Virus record (IMG/VR): IMGVR_UViG_3300033480_000007
Coordinates: 1-42,915 of that record
Direction: 5' to 3' (one strand)
Source of the DNA: a virus
Taxonomy: Duplodnaviria; Caudoviricetes
Length of the DNA: 42,915 nt
Part shown: piece after piece, positions 27,176-37,175 of the stretch
Layout: each line of letters begins with the position of its first letter
Position numbering within the stretch: the stretch's first letter is position 1
Notes under the pieces: model-generated
Database searches by the model: none
Told to the model about the DNA's origin: nothing
Seen by the model: the letters and a program-made list of their open reading frames with translations, nothing else
Made by a program: the position numbers and the translations under genes

Positions 27176-27215
27176 TAAATTCCGTAACACTAATCTATAT
27201 ACAGGAGATAACACC

Positions 27216-27452
27216 ATGAACGGAATTAATCAAATCAAAGCACAAAATCGTGCAGATACATTCAAGTATGTGTTTGAAGTACGCACTCCACATAACATTG
27301 AATCAGTCGTTGTGTTCAGCTGCTCTATGGCAAGCGCCACAGTTGACGCTAAAGCTGAATGCGCAAGGCTTGGATTGAATCCAGAAGAATTGGCGTTTGC
27401 CTATCTGGAAGAACCGCCTAAACCACAGCCATGTACCATTTTTCCATGCTAA
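27216..27452 (+). CDS. Moron hypothetical protein
   Basis: AGGAGA SD; own promoter; opposite strand to the head genes. Confidence 0.7.
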   Translation: MNGINQIKAQNRADTFKYVFEVRTPHNIESVVVFSCSMASATVDAKAECARLGLNPEELAFAYLEEPPKPQPCTIFPC

Positions 27453-27468
27453 ATCACTATGGCATAAC

Positions 27469-27585
27469 ATGGAACAAATTACCTACATACTTGACCGGAT
27501 TGATACGTTCATGCATCGCAACCAAGATGTTATACTTGGAGTAGCATGCGGAACAATCATCCTGCTTTTAATCATTCCACACTAG
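27469..27585 (+). CDS. Small membrane peptide
   Basis: 38 aa, C-terminal hydrophobic stretch VILGVACGTIILLLII. Confidence 0.4.
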   Translation: MEQITYILDRIDTFMHRNQDVILGVACGTIILLLIIPH

Positions 27586-27630
27586 GAGAGAAATATGTCT
27601 ATTTTGATTAACGCTAACCAAGCAAGGTAA

Positions 27631-30099
27631 TCACTTCCCAACAGGCGGAACCTGACTCAGCGATTGTCCGTCAGCAGCCTTGCCCGGAACTTGAACCTCT
27701 GGAGCAAGACTGGCTATCTTCAAAGCATGCGCGTTGTTGGCCTCATTCAGCCTATGCTCATGCCCTCTGGTAATGGCAGAATCAAGATGCTCGCTGTTCT
27801 TCATGGCTGTCTGCATCTGCAATGACTGAGCAGCAAGCTCTTTCTCTGTGTTCAGCTTCATCGTTGTCTGCGCAAGCTCTGACTTCACGTTGTCAATGTT
27901 GATGTTGCGCTGGTTGGCATAATTCAGCAAGGCAATCTCGCGCTGTATCTCAAGCTGCTTCATCTTGTAGTTTTCTTCTACAACAAGTTTCTGCTTCTCA
28001 ATTTCGTCATACGCTGCATCACGCTCTGTGCGTAGCTGCGTAGACTGCACAGCACCTTGCGCATGTATCTGAGCAGTTCGCTCCATAGTTTTCTCGCGCA
28101 TTTGCTCTGCCTTTAGTTGTGCATCAGCACGTATCTGCGCTGCCTGTATAGCCGGGTTCTGAGATTGCTGAGACATAGCCTGCATCTTCTGCTGGTATTC
28201 TTCTTCCGGTATCTGCCAGCTTGAAGGGTCAATCATCTCAGCACGCAGTGCATTGCTCATGGCAATGTACGGGTCAATTCCGTACTGCGGCTGGAGTGCA
28301 TTGGCAAGCATCTGGATAGAATACTGGCGCTCAATGTCGCGCTCTACTAATGCCTGAGAACCTTTTGCCTTGATGTTAAAATCTCCCTTTGCTTCTTCTG
28401 AACCATACATCAGAATCCACTCGTAGTACCTGCGAATGTGTGGAGTGGTCAAATCATCATCAACGCTGCGTGCCTTCATCCTGCGTGTTGCAGTGGCATT
28501 CTTGTTCAGCATCTGCATGCCGCCCACCGTGTCAGGTGCAGAGCCTTGCTGTCCCTGCATGAGCAGTGGCATACCAGTTACGTCCTCTGCCATCTTCTGA
28601 CCGAACTGGATAATGTTCATCAGTTCTTTTTGCAAGCTCGGTATCTGCGTAAATGAAATGGCTTCATTGATACCTAAACCATCTTCATCATCCATTTCCC
28701 AAAATGTCACTGAATTCAGGCTCCAATCCGAACTACCCATTGGCTTAATTTTACCCTTCTTGAATCCAATCTGGACACCACCAGATAACTTTGCATTGTC
28801 CATCATATTTCTGATACCACCATTAACCACGCGTTGAGCCGAACGCATGATGCGAGAGATACCATTACCATATGGCATGCCATCAATACGCTCCCATACC
28901 CAAAAGTCATACGGATATTCTCCTGAGTCAAGAGGGTTAAGTGCGGCCTTGATTACCGTATCATTGGCAAGAGTCACAATGCACGGGCATGCTTCAAGCT
29001 CGTTAATGCGCTGGAGTGCTTTGCTATCAGCAGCATCTTTCGTGTCTAAATTCCGGTCAATCTTGAGCGCCTTTATTTCATCGCGTGTCAGCATGCCGTA
29101 GTAGTACCATATCTCATACTTCTCTGCCGATGGAGTATCAGACGTTTGCTTGATAACAGAACCTTTCTTCGGCCCTTCCTTGATTACCTTGTCAATCTGG
29201 TCTGGTAAGTATCCCGGCAACTTCTTAAAATCCATAAGCTGCCTGCCATTGGCATGATCTAGCTCAAGGAAGTATCCACCGTTCTGTATATCCTCTCCGC
29301 ATGTTGGGTCTGGAAAACAATTCCATACCGAAATGCATTTGGAGATTGGGTCTGTCTTGATCTCAACCACCAGTGCAACCTGACCATCATTGCCTTGCAC
29401 TGTTTTCTTGTGGCGCTTGACAAATGGAAATGGGCCTTTCAAGACACACGTACCAATCTTGGCAGCATCATGGATTGCCTCACGTTGCTGTGCGTGCCAC
29501 TGACAAGCTACCAAATGGTCATCAATTTCATCTTGTGCTGCCTTGGCTGCTTTGGATGCAATGGCAATCTCTTGCTTGGCGAAGTCTCCTACAGTTGCCT
29601 GTACCGGCTGTCCTTGCGCATCAGTACCGTTAGCTGGAGTTGGATTGTTCTTGTGTGCATCAAGCTCCGGTATGTTGGACGGTTCAATAGAAAAACTACG
29701 ATCATCTGTTGGTGCGCCCATCTCTGAAATAGATGCAGCAGCAGAATCTACATACTGTCTGGTAATGTTGTAGAATATGCTTGACTTGTTTGCATTCTTA
29801 ATCTTGACATTGGATACTACGCCGCTTGGATGCATAGGCTTCATCGGCCTACCTTCGGAGCGGTTTGCATCATCTATGCCTTCATAGAATTCTTCATCTT
29901 CCAGCCACTGAGTTTCAATGCCAGATGCTGCGCGATACTTCACGGCTTCGTCACGCTTAGTCTTTACTGACTCGCCCAAAGCATCAATGAGCATCTGCTG
30001 CTTTATTTGCTGCGCTTCCTCAAGAGCGCGTACATCATCTGGCAAGTTCGCCGTTGCTTCTTCCGAGATGCGCTCTGAATTGGAATCGAATATTGGCAT
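27631..30099 (-). CDS. Portal protein
   Basis: 822 aa; GTCVLKGP, WNCFPDP, YPYDFWVWE..PYGNGI; long Gln-rich coiled-coil tail; position before scaffold and capsid. Confidence 0.85.
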   Translation of the reverse strand: MPIFDSNSERISEEATANLPDDVRALEEAQQIKQQMLIDALGESVKTKRDEAVKYRAASGIETQWLEDEEFYEGIDDANRSEGRPMKPMHPSGVVSNVKIKNANKSSIFYNITRQYVDSAAASISEMGAPTDDRSFSIEPSNIPELDAHKNNPTPANGTDAQGQPVQATVGDFAKQEIAIASKAAKAAQDEIDDHLVACQWHAQQREAIHDAAKIGTCVLKGPFPFVKRHKKTVQGNDGQVALVVEIKTDPISKCISVWNCFPDPTCGEDIQNGGYFLELDHANGRQLMDFKKLPGYLPDQIDKVIKEGPKKGSVIKQTSDTPSAEKYEIWYYYGMLTRDEIKALKIDRNLDTKDAADSKALQRINELEACPCIVTLANDTVIKAALNPLDSGEYPYDFWVWERIDGMPYGNGISRIMRSAQRVVNGGIRNMMDNAKLSGGVQIGFKKGKIKPMGSSDWSLNSVTFWEMDDEDGLGINEAISFTQIPSLQKELMNIIQFGQKMAEDVTGMPLLMQGQQGSAPDTVGGMQMLNKNATATRRMKARSVDDDLTTPHIRRYYEWILMYGSEEAKGDFNIKAKGSQALVERDIERQYSIQMLANALQPQYGIDPYIAMSNALRAEMIDPSSWQIPEEEYQQKMQAMSQQSQNPAIQAAQIRADAQLKAEQMREKTMERTAQIHAQGAVQSTQLRTERDAAYDEIEKQKLVVEENYKMKQLEIQREIALLNYANQRNINIDNVKSELAQTTMKLNTEKELAAQSLQMQTAMKNSEHLDSAITRGHEHRLNEANNAHALKIASLAPEVQVPGKAADGQSLSQVPPVGK

Positions 30100-30109
30100 G
30101 TTGTTTACC

Positions 30110-31798
30110 TTACTGCGTTAAGTGTGTGAGCAGGAGATTACTGAGTTGCTTCTGCCAGATGCGTACATTTCTAACTGGCCCATTCAATGCACCTACAGCA
30201 CCATTTACATCATTACCAATGGCTATGGTTGAACCAAATGTCAATGGGCCGGTATATGTGATATTGCTAACAGCACTACCATTCAAAGAAAATCCTGCTG
30301 CTGAATTACGCCAAGCAATAGCAGCTTTTTGTACGGAATTTGACGGTACTAATGGACTGCCATCGTCAACCCATACAAGACCATCATACAATGCAAGCTT
30401 ATGGTTCACGCCATCTAGTCCAAAAGGTATTGTAGCTCCCGGATAACTGGAGATGATGCGCTGGTACGCAACAGGGTCATTGGTTGCGGTATGCACAAAA
30501 TCAACCGCTATAGTACCTGTAGCACCAATATTATTTGCAGTGGGCAAGGTAAGTATTTCTGTGTTTCTTACCGCATTCGTTGCAACCGAAGGAATGGATG
30601 ATGTTGCAAATGGCCCATCCTCGAACTGAGCGCCCCATATGTCAAATGCATCTGCATTGGTGGTAATCTTGAATCCAACCTGCGCATTAAGCTGACTTGC
30701 ATTAAGCTGTACAATATTCCATCCAGCAGCCAAAGTCTGCGCGGTGTATGTAGCGCCTCCGTCTTGCGTCAAGCTGAATGCTCCAGTACCAGTAATGCGC
30801 TTTACCCATAGCGAGAATGTGCGGCTTGTGGCAGCGGCAGTGATGGTTTGGAATGCAGTTGCATTACCGGCAGAAGCAGTACATCTAGTGGCTGAATTTA
30901 CAATACCATCTGGCCCTGTGCTGGTCTTGGCTGTGGTCAGAGTTGTTTTGGCCCATACAGCATTTGTCAGGTCATTGGAATATGTCAATAGATTGGTACA
31001 TGCATATTCACTCAGGTATCCCAAACACCCTGATAATTTTGCTCCAGAACCTTCTGTGATGATACCGGATGCCACAGTATTGCCGTTGGCTGTATCAAAA
31101 TACTGCACACCATCCACTCCAGCACCGTGATAAGGTGCGCTCAATACACCCTTACTGACGAACTCAGACGGAACCTGAATAGCCTGACCATGCACATATT
31201 CCATCTGGCCTTGGAATATATCTACAGCATCACCAGATGTTGCAATCAATACACCAAGAGCATTTGAGCCTCCAGCTACCACAGATTTTACAGGCGTAGC
31301 AATGCGCTGCCATGACGTTGTAAGAACAGCCGTAATATCTGTTGCGCCATACGTGTCAGAGCCATCATATAAGCTTACTGTTCCAGTACCGGCATTCCTG
31401 CGAATCCATACCGAGTTTCTGATTGATGCTCCAGCCTTGGCAACTATTTCATCCAAGTGGTATCCACCCGGCCCTGTAGCTGTAAGGCGCAATGCATCAG
31501 TTCCACCAATCGGGTCAGCTATACCTGTAGTTGGTGTTACGCTGGCAGCAGTAAACCAGTTGCCGGGCTGCGAGTCAGATAGCAAATTCTCTACCCGTCT
31601 CGCTCCCTGAAAGCGCGGCTCTCCAGACAGAACAGCATTCAGCTTTTCAAAGTCCTGCTGGTAAGCTATCGTGGCCCGAGTGAATGTTGCTGAACCTACC
31701 GCTCTGGTAGGTAACAGGTCTTTAGTTAGCGGCAACAAAATACCCGGCGTGGGAACCTTGTTCTGCCTCTCCATCAGCAACCGGCGCATTGCTCTCAT
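30110..31798 (-). CDS. Fibre/spike-like protein with carbohydrate-binding (LamG-like) domains
   Basis: ATFTRAT, TNLLTYSNDL...W, IWGAQFEDGPFATS.IP, LNGPVRNVRIW. Confidence 0.7.
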   Translation of the reverse strand: MRAMRRLLMERQNKVPTPGILLPLTKDLLPTRAVGSATFTRATIAYQQDFEKLNAVLSGEPRFQGARRVENLLSDSQPGNWFTAASVTPTTGIADPIGGTDALRLTATGPGGYHLDEIVAKAGASIRNSVWIRRNAGTGTVSLYDGSDTYGATDITAVLTTSWQRIATPVKSVVAGGSNALGVLIATSGDAVDIFQGQMEYVHGQAIQVPSEFVSKGVLSAPYHGAGVDGVQYFDTANGNTVASGIITEGSGAKLSGCLGYLSEYACTNLLTYSNDLTNAVWAKTTLTTAKTSTGPDGIVNSATRCTASAGNATAFQTITAAATSRTFSLWVKRITGTGAFSLTQDGGATYTAQTLAAGWNIVQLNASQLNAQVGFKITTNADAFDIWGAQFEDGPFATSSIPSVATNAVRNTEILTLPTANNIGATGTIAVDFVHTATNDPVAYQRIISSYPGATIPFGLDGVNHKLALYDGLVWVDDGSPLVPSNSVQKAAIAWRNSAAGFSLNGSAVSNITYTGPLTFGSTIAIGNDVNGAVGALNGPVRNVRIWQKQLSNLLLTHLTQ

Positions 31799-32226
31799 TA
31801 CACACCACCACCAGAGATAGCCAGCGTACTTGATGCACCAGAACTATTTGCCTGTAGCTTGACAACCTTGAACCCGGCTACGTCCAGAACAAACCATCCA
31901 GTACCAACAGCCTGCGCCGTTAAGTTACCAGACGAATCAATCAGCACACCAGTTGGGCTAGTGAACTCACCAGCAGTACTCTTGATGGTGTTAAATGTCG
32001 CATCAAGTCCGTCAAAGCTAGCCTGAATCACAAAAGCAGCAAGTGCATTGGTTGCCACAGTCAGCTTGATTGCGATGCGCGACAACCCCTCTACATTCAG
32101 CGTGAATATGTCCTGCACACCGCTATTGTCCAAGGCATTAGCTGCCCCCTCGAACTGTGCAAAGATTGGCTTCTGCCCCTCTATACGCAGTTCCTGTGTT
32201 GCCTTTACCAATGTTGCTGCTGCCAT
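31798..32226 (-). CDS. Small beta-rich virion protein
   Basis: GGAGG SD; coupled to the fibre gene. Confidence 0.65.
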   Translation of the reverse strand: MAAATLVKATQELRIEGQKPIFAQFEGAANALDNSGVQDIFTLNVEGLSRIAIKLTVATNALAAFVIQASFDGLDATFNTIKSTAGEFTSPTGVLIDSSGNLTAQAVGTGWFVLDVAGFKVVKLQANSSGASSTLAISGGGV

Positions 32227-32301
32227 GTTACCTCCCTGAAAATCGTTATGTTAGTGAGTACTAACTATTAAATTACAATTCATTTACTGACAATCGTTCA
32301 T

Positions 32302-32397
32302 TTAATTGTCTTGTTTGGTTGTTTTGAACTCTCCGCTACCATCAGGCGCGGCAGGTGCGTGTGCCGCAAAGTAATCCAGCAATGTAATATCAGACAT
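32302..32397 (-). CDS. Short ORF or gene remnant
   Basis: MSDITLLDYFAAHAP..., 31 aa, GGAGA SD; DYFAA motif is common in phage small proteins. Confidence 0.4.
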   Translation of the reverse strand: MSDITLLDYFAAHAPAAPDGSGEFKTTKQDN

Positions 32398-32620
32398 TAT
32401 GTTCTCCAATTTAGTTATTGAGTATTACTTGACTACTCAGCCACCATTCACACCATGAACAAGCAGCGCATACTCGCGTATCAGTTCTTTCGTTGCCTTC
32501 TGTACTGCATATGCATATTCTTCATCAGCCGGTCTATCCTCTCCCATTTCCTCCATCATCACTTGCACAATATGTACAGCCTGCTATGATCTTGGAGCCA
32601 GTACATTACAGCCAATCCTG

Positions 32621-32857
32621 CTATTGTTTGTCGGTTACGCTTTTTGGTAGTGGCCTGAAATGAATAACATAGCCATCATTGTGCAGAACTACAGCTTGTT
32701 TCCGTGCCTGTGTGTTATCTGCAATTGCGCGATATAGCCTGTTGTCACTCTTGGCAATATCTGTAGCAGTGTCAATATCATCCAATAAGCCATACAGATA
32801 TTGAGCAACAGTATATAATTCATCATATGTTAGTAAGCACTCACTTTTACTGTTCAT
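32621..32857 (-). CDS. Hypothetical protein
   Basis: 78-aa ORF, LYGLLDDIDTATD. Confidence 0.6.
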   Translation of the reverse strand: MNSKSECLLTYDELYTVAQYLYGLLDDIDTATDIAKSDNRLYRAIADNTQARKQAVVLHNDGYVIHFRPLPKSVTDKQ

Positions 32858-32992
32858 GGCTCAACCTATTTGCATAATTCCTGATATAATGCGATGCAGC
32901 TAACGGAGAATGACACAGAAAGTACAGTGAATTGGCTGAACGCTGCTCAAACTCTGGCAATTCTTTATAACCCAACAAGCCAGCCAGTGAAT

Positions 32993-33187
32993 TCATCCAT
33001 GCAGCTTCTTTTGCATCCACGCTGTAAAGCTCCTAAAGGCATCAAGAGGCCACCTGATAACTGTCCATGTGGTAAGTACCGTCCAAATGGTCAACAACGC
33101 AGCCAATGCCACAACGCACACGAATATGCACACCATTAGCATCCAGCTAGACACCACCAACACACCACGTTTTATAGGCTCACACAT
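32993..33187 (-). CDS. Small membrane protein
   Basis: Long hydrophobic segment. Confidence 0.45.
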   Translation of the reverse strand: MCEPIKRGVLVVSSWMLMVCIFVCVVALAALLTIWTVLTTWTVIRWPLDAFRSFTAWMQKKLHG

Positions 33188-33208
33188 GATATGTTAGTAT
33201 GTACTTAC

Positions 33209-33535
33209 TTACAAGTACAGACATTCCGTAACAGACACAAGAATTGGCGCAGTAAGGTTCCAGATGAATGAGTGTGAATCCCAAGACTCAGGTAGCACGC
33301 CAGCATTCCAAGGCATCTCTGAACGCATGATTTTATGTGCAGCCATATATCTATCTTCTGCCTGCGCTATCTCGCGCCCAATGAAATAACCATTCACAGC
33401 TACAGACGCTATAACCTTACCTGCTAACTGATTACAAAAATATACACCAATCACCCAACCAAGCGCAGTAACTAAACCAGCAGCTACTGGATGAATAGCG
33501 TTGTACAGCGGAGTATTAAATTTAGAAGCTGTCAT
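33209..33535 (-). CDS. Membrane protein
   Basis: Hydrophobic segments, FIGREIAQAE; ATGA overlap. Confidence 0.65.
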   Translation of the reverse strand: MTASKFNTPLYNAIHPVAAGLVTALGWVIGVYFCNQLAGKVIASVAVNGYFIGREIAQAEDRYMAAHKIMRSEMPWNAGVLPESWDSHSFIWNLTAPILVSVTECLYL

Positions 33536-33732
33536 TGCAGTGTAGCCAGTTTAGCGCGAAGTGCAACAGCTTGTGCTTCCAAGCTTGCAAGGTAAGTAGT
33601 GTTGCCTAGAGTGGATTCCCGCATAACCCTCGGGCTGACTGACTTGGTATCTAGCTCAATAAGTTGTGCAATAATCAAGTCTCTTGCGGTAGGGGTGTAA
33701 ACATTATCACCAAACGGTTCTTGTGCGCTCAT
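33532..33732 (-). CDS. Fibre-associated chaperone-like small protein
   Basis: IIAQLIELD..S..R.MRE...LEAQAVALRAKL. Confidence 0.55.
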   Translation of the reverse strand: MSAQEPFGDNVYTPTARDLIIAQLIELDTKSVSPRVMRESTLGNTTYLASLEAQAVALRAKLATLQ

Positions 33733-33741
33733 AGTGGCTCC

Positions 33742-34212
33742 TTAAAGTGTGTACTTGTAGCGTAATATAGTTTTACCAGTCTCTCCAACAGAAGAGGCGT
33801 ACTCCAGTAAGCACGAAGTTTGAAAAGTAACTGGCTGGTCTTGTATCTGACACAGGTAGGTAGCAGCCAGAACCGCATTGCCCACTGCGCACTGACCTAA
33901 TGCAGCAGCCGTAACAGCATCTGTGGTTGCATCGAACACCACTACCCCGTCAAGAGTAAGTTTCAGTCTATGTGTGCGGCTTGTTGCATCATTGCTCTCT
34001 GCGGCTGCGATGTACAACACACCAGGCCCGGATAGATTGAGCACGGTTGTAAGTACCCCTGCGCTTAAAGCTCCGCTTGTGACTGCTTTAGCTCCTACTG
34101 CTGATTGATTTGTAGCGTTAGCCGTGTAGTGAGTTCCACCAGAACTAAAGTAACTAACTATAGACCTAGGAGTTCTTGGAGTACCTATGCTTTTTGCATT
34201 TATAGGATTCAT
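33742..34212 (-). CDS. Putative virion structural protein
   Basis: beta-rich; coupled to the upstream gene. Confidence 0.6.
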   Translation of the reverse strand: MNPINAKSIGTPRTPRSIVSYFSSGGTHYTANATNQSAVGAKAVTSGALSAGVLTTVLNLSGPGVLYIAAAESNDATSRTHRLKLTLDGVVVFDATTDAVTAAALGQCAVGNAVLAATYLCQIQDQPVTFQTSCLLEYASSVGETGKTILRYKYTL

Positions 34213-34658
34213 TACAGCGTTGCTCCGTGCGCAGTCACTCCAATGGCTGTAGTTGATGCAGTGGTTGTAATCGTGGTGGATACGTACAGCGCATGATTAG
34301 CAGGCAGAACCAAGTCATCATAGAGAGTATCAAGTTCAAATGATGGAACCGTAGTGCTTGGAGTTACTAGAGCAACAGTAATCTCTTTCACCATATGTGC
34401 TGTAGTTCCATCCCAATCCCATATACCAACCAATTGAGCAGCAGTAGGGGCAGTAATTGCAGTTGAAATTCCTTTTAGTGAAATCTTGCTAATCTTGCAG
34501 TCAGTAGCCACTGTAGGAACGCACACGACGATGTTTGCAGCAGCAAGGCCTGCTGTAGCAGTTGGGCCGCGAGTTGTGCAAGCGGTAGTACCTGTAAGGT
34601 CTGCATGACCAAGAACAGCGGCCTGTGCAGACATGATTGAATTTGCTGTATTTGACAT
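34212..34658 (-). CDS. Putative virion structural protein
   Basis: Thr/Ala-rich; start MSNTA follows the upstream stop. Confidence 0.6.
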   Translation of the reverse strand: MSNTANSIMSAQAAVLGHADLTGTTACTTRGPTATAGLAAANIVVCVPTVATDCKISKISLKGISTAITAPTAAQLVGIWDWDGTTAHMVKEITVALVTPSTTVPSFELDTLYDDLVLPANHALYVSTTITTTASTTAIGVTAHGATL

Positions 34659-34660
34659 TT

Positions 34661-35296
34661 TTATAATGCTCCATAAAGTAATTGAGTGATCTTCCATGCT
34701 CCAGCAGGAATTTGTGCAATACTTGTTATTGCGGCTGTTAAAGTTGTTTTTTTCAAAGTAAAACCAGTGGCACTATCCAAGATTAAAATTTCATCTGCAC
34801 CAACAGGTATTGCTTTGTTAGATGCTGCATGTACCGGAGCCGTAATGCCATTGTACGGATTAAGCAGAATTGCATCAGAACCACGTATATACACGTTGCA
34901 TACATAATTCACACCATAAATATCTCCAGCCTGTAAAGCACTCCCATCCGGGCGCAATAAATTCAACGCACCAATGCCATCCACATTCAAAGTAGCTGCT
35001 CCAGTATTAGCACCGGCTGCTTTAAATTGATAAAATTCATTTGCGAGATACGCAGTCAATGTAGGCGTAGATGTTGCAGTAATCGTATCAACACCAGCTA
35101 CCGCCAAGACACTTAATGCGGCAACCAGTGCATTACCAGCCTGATTAACGATCACATGATACTTACCCAATCCAGCCAGTGCCGGAAGCTTGGAAAATCC
35201 AGCCGTAATAGCATCTAGCTCATTACGTGCAGAAGCTGAATCACCAGTCTGTCCGTACTGAGGCCATGAGCCGTGATTGTAAAATTCATTACTCAA
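34661..35296 (-). CDS. Tail fibre N-terminal/anchor-like protein
   Basis: ANTGAATLNVDGIG..L..DGSALQAGDI fibre motif. Confidence 0.65.
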   Translation of the reverse strand: MSNEFYNHGSWPQYGQTGDSASARNELDAITAGFSKLPALAGLGKYHVIVNQAGNALVAALSVLAVAGVDTITATSTPTLTAYLANEFYQFKAAGANTGAATLNVDGIGALNLLRPDGSALQAGDIYGVNYVCNVYIRGSDAILLNPYNGITAPVHAASNKAIPVGADEILILDSATGFTLKKTTLTAAITSIAQIPAGAWKITQLLYGAL

Positions 35297-35420
35297 TTCG
35301 TTCCCCTTGATTGCTCCACATCATGCCGCACAATCCAACAGCTATAGCAATAATGATTTTACCTATTGAACCATCAACACCACCAACATGAGGTAGCATA
35401 TCGTATAAATTCAAAGATAC

Positions 35421-35456
35421 AAAAAACCCGGACAGCCATACCATGACTATCCCGGC
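35421..35456 (-). terminator. Terminator after the tRNA pair
   Basis: GGATAGTCAT-GGT-ATGGCTGTCC stem (G-U allowed) followed by GGG and T6. Confidence 0.5.
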
Positions 35457-35519
35457 ATAAAAATTATCGCTTGACACTTTATCCATTGCGTGTTACTTTT
35501 GTGCCTGCAAAGTATCTAT

Positions 35520-35597
35520 TGGTCAGAGTGGTATGATTTGAACATACGATCTCTCGCGTCCAAGGCGAGTGACTTAACCAGACTAGCCTACACTCTG
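35520..35597 (-). tRNA. tRNA-Pro(UGG)
   Basis: Acceptor CAGAGTG/CACTCTG, anticodon arm CTCGC-CTTGGAC-GCGAG, TTCAAAT loop, encoded CCA. Confidence 0.92.
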
Positions 35598-35599
35598 AA

Positions 35600-35674
35600 T
35601 GGAAGCGGGTATTGGAATCTAACCAATGACCTAGAGCTTATGAGGCTCCCGCGCTAACACTGCGCCAACCCGCT
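35600..35674 (-). tRNA. tRNA with CAU anticodon (Met or Ile2)
   Basis: Acceptor AGCGGGT/ACCCGCT, arm GGAGC-CTCATAA-GCTCT, encoded CCA; atypical T-loop TTAGATT. Confidence 0.8.
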
Positions 35675-35711
35675 ATATTTGAATGCCTAACCAAGCGCAT
35701 ATCTGAACGTG

Positions 35712-35752
35712 ATTGTATCACAAATCACGCAAAAAAGCAAGTACACACTAAC
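35712..35752 (-). promoter_or_regulatory. Repeated promoter driving the tRNAs, plus operator-like box
   Basis: GTTAGTGTGTAC-TTGCTT-17 bp-TACAAT. Confidence 0.75.
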
Positions 35753-35755
35753 TAT

Positions 35756-37105
35756 TTAATATCCTACACCACTATCATAAATTTCTGGTGGCTCGTAATC
35801 TGGAACTTCATCAGGTTTGTGCTTGGTCAATGATGGGAATAATGCATAAATACACCAGATTGCTGCATCAGCACGGTTAGGGGATTTATCACCATGATAC
35901 CCATGTGTAGTAAACCCAATCAATTCTTCCTCCAGTTCATGCATCTTGCCAACATGACGCACCTTACCTTGGAAATATAACGCGCTAACTGGTTCAGAAC
36001 GCACCACCTTTCCACGTGTGGCTGTGACCTTTTTGAATGGTACTCTTGGATTGGCTGCGCGAATAACGAATTTCACCATCGCACCACCATAGTTAGTTTC
36101 ACCAATCACAATGTCTGCGTCATGCTGTTCATAAGCATCTGTGGCTACCTTTCCCCACACGCCCGGCCCCGCCTTGACTGTACGATCTTCCAATATGTAT
36201 GCGTTACCATCCACCCCAAGACCAGCTATCACAATCCCTATCGCATCGTTGGTTTCATTATCAGTGTCATCTGCACCAGATGGGTCAACCCCAACAACAA
36301 TGCGCACCATATCTGGCAAATCATCTGCATCTAGGACACGGTATTTCTCAAAGTTATCTTCGTCAAATAATGCGTCTGGATTTGCCTCGCCAAATTCACC
36401 ATCACGGAAACGCCTGCGCTTGGCTGCACTAAGGCTATTCAATGTTTCAATATATCCACGTCCAAGATTATCCACGTTATCTGTTGGGTTCATCTGCATG
36501 GAAGTATAATCGTCTGGTGTGCGTAGCGGCCTGTTATCGTCAGGGTCTACCTTTTTAATAAATAGCTTGTAGCTCCAATGAGATTTTCGTGGAGGGTTTT
36601 CATCGTAAAACATTTTCAGGCGCATTTCTCGCTCTTGCTGACCTTCAATCTGTACGTTGACTTTTTGAGCTAGGCGTGTTGTAACTGTTTGTCTTGAATC
36701 ATTACTGATTTGGCTACATTCATTTAACAGTATCGTTACAAACTCTTTTCCCAAGACCTTTTCCGTCCTGTCTGCATCATCAAGACCAGCAAACCATAAT
36801 TCAGAACCATTAGGAAATTTCCAATAGTAATCCACCTTGTCAAGATGCCCACCAACATCAGGGAAGCATTCACGCATAACCTTGGGGAATGTATCAAGAA
36901 CGATAGCCTGCTTAATACGATTAAATCTGAATCCAAGTATTCCATGCCTAGAATTTGGTGCAAGCTGCGCCCTTGTTACGATAGCGCGAACAGCAAGGAA
37001 TGTTTTTCCAGACCGAGAACCACCATACAACAGAATGTGAGCAGCAGAACCAGCAAGCAGACGATTAGCCTCTTGCTGTTTTTTGGTTAAGCGGAATAAA
37101 GACAT
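35756..37105 (-). CDS. terL: Terminase large subunit
   Basis: YGGSRSGKT Walker A, ILLNEC Walker B, DENPP, RIVVGVDPS nuclease motif, SPNRADA. Confidence 0.95.
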   Translation of the reverse strand: MSLFRLTKKQQEANRLLAGSAAHILLYGGSRSGKTFLAVRAIVTRAQLAPNSRHGILGFRFNRIKQAIVLDTFPKVMRECFPDVGGHLDKVDYYWKFPNGSELWFAGLDDADRTEKVLGKEFVTILLNECSQISNDSRQTVTTRLAQKVNVQIEGQQEREMRLKMFYDENPPRKSHWSYKLFIKKVDPDDNRPLRTPDDYTSMQMNPTDNVDNLGRGYIETLNSLSAAKRRRFRDGEFGEANPDALFDEDNFEKYRVLDADDLPDMVRIVVGVDPSGADDTDNETNDAIGIVIAGLGVDGNAYILEDRTVKAGPGVWGKVATDAYEQHDADIVIGETNYGGAMVKFVIRAANPRVPFKKVTATRGKVVRSEPVSALYFQGKVRHVGKMHELEEELIGFTTHGYHGDKSPNRADAAIWCIYALFPSLTKHKPDEVPDYEPPEIYDSGVGY

Positions 37106-37175
37106 TATATGTGTTTTGTTCTATTCTAGTAATATGTCCGCATAAAAATTTATCCGGGCAGGTGCATAATACACG

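Noticed and set aside
27462-27468. GCATAAC as another attC left core
   Set aside because: No L boxes or matching GTT arm follow
35289-35486. 65-aa membrane ORF after the tRNAs
   Set aside because: No clear SD and it spans a terminator-like hairpin; not excluded but unsupported
5471-37105. Stop-codon recoding, introns or inteins in core genes
   Set aside because: terL, portal, capsid and lysozyme are intact and of plausible length in the standard code; no suppressor tRNA
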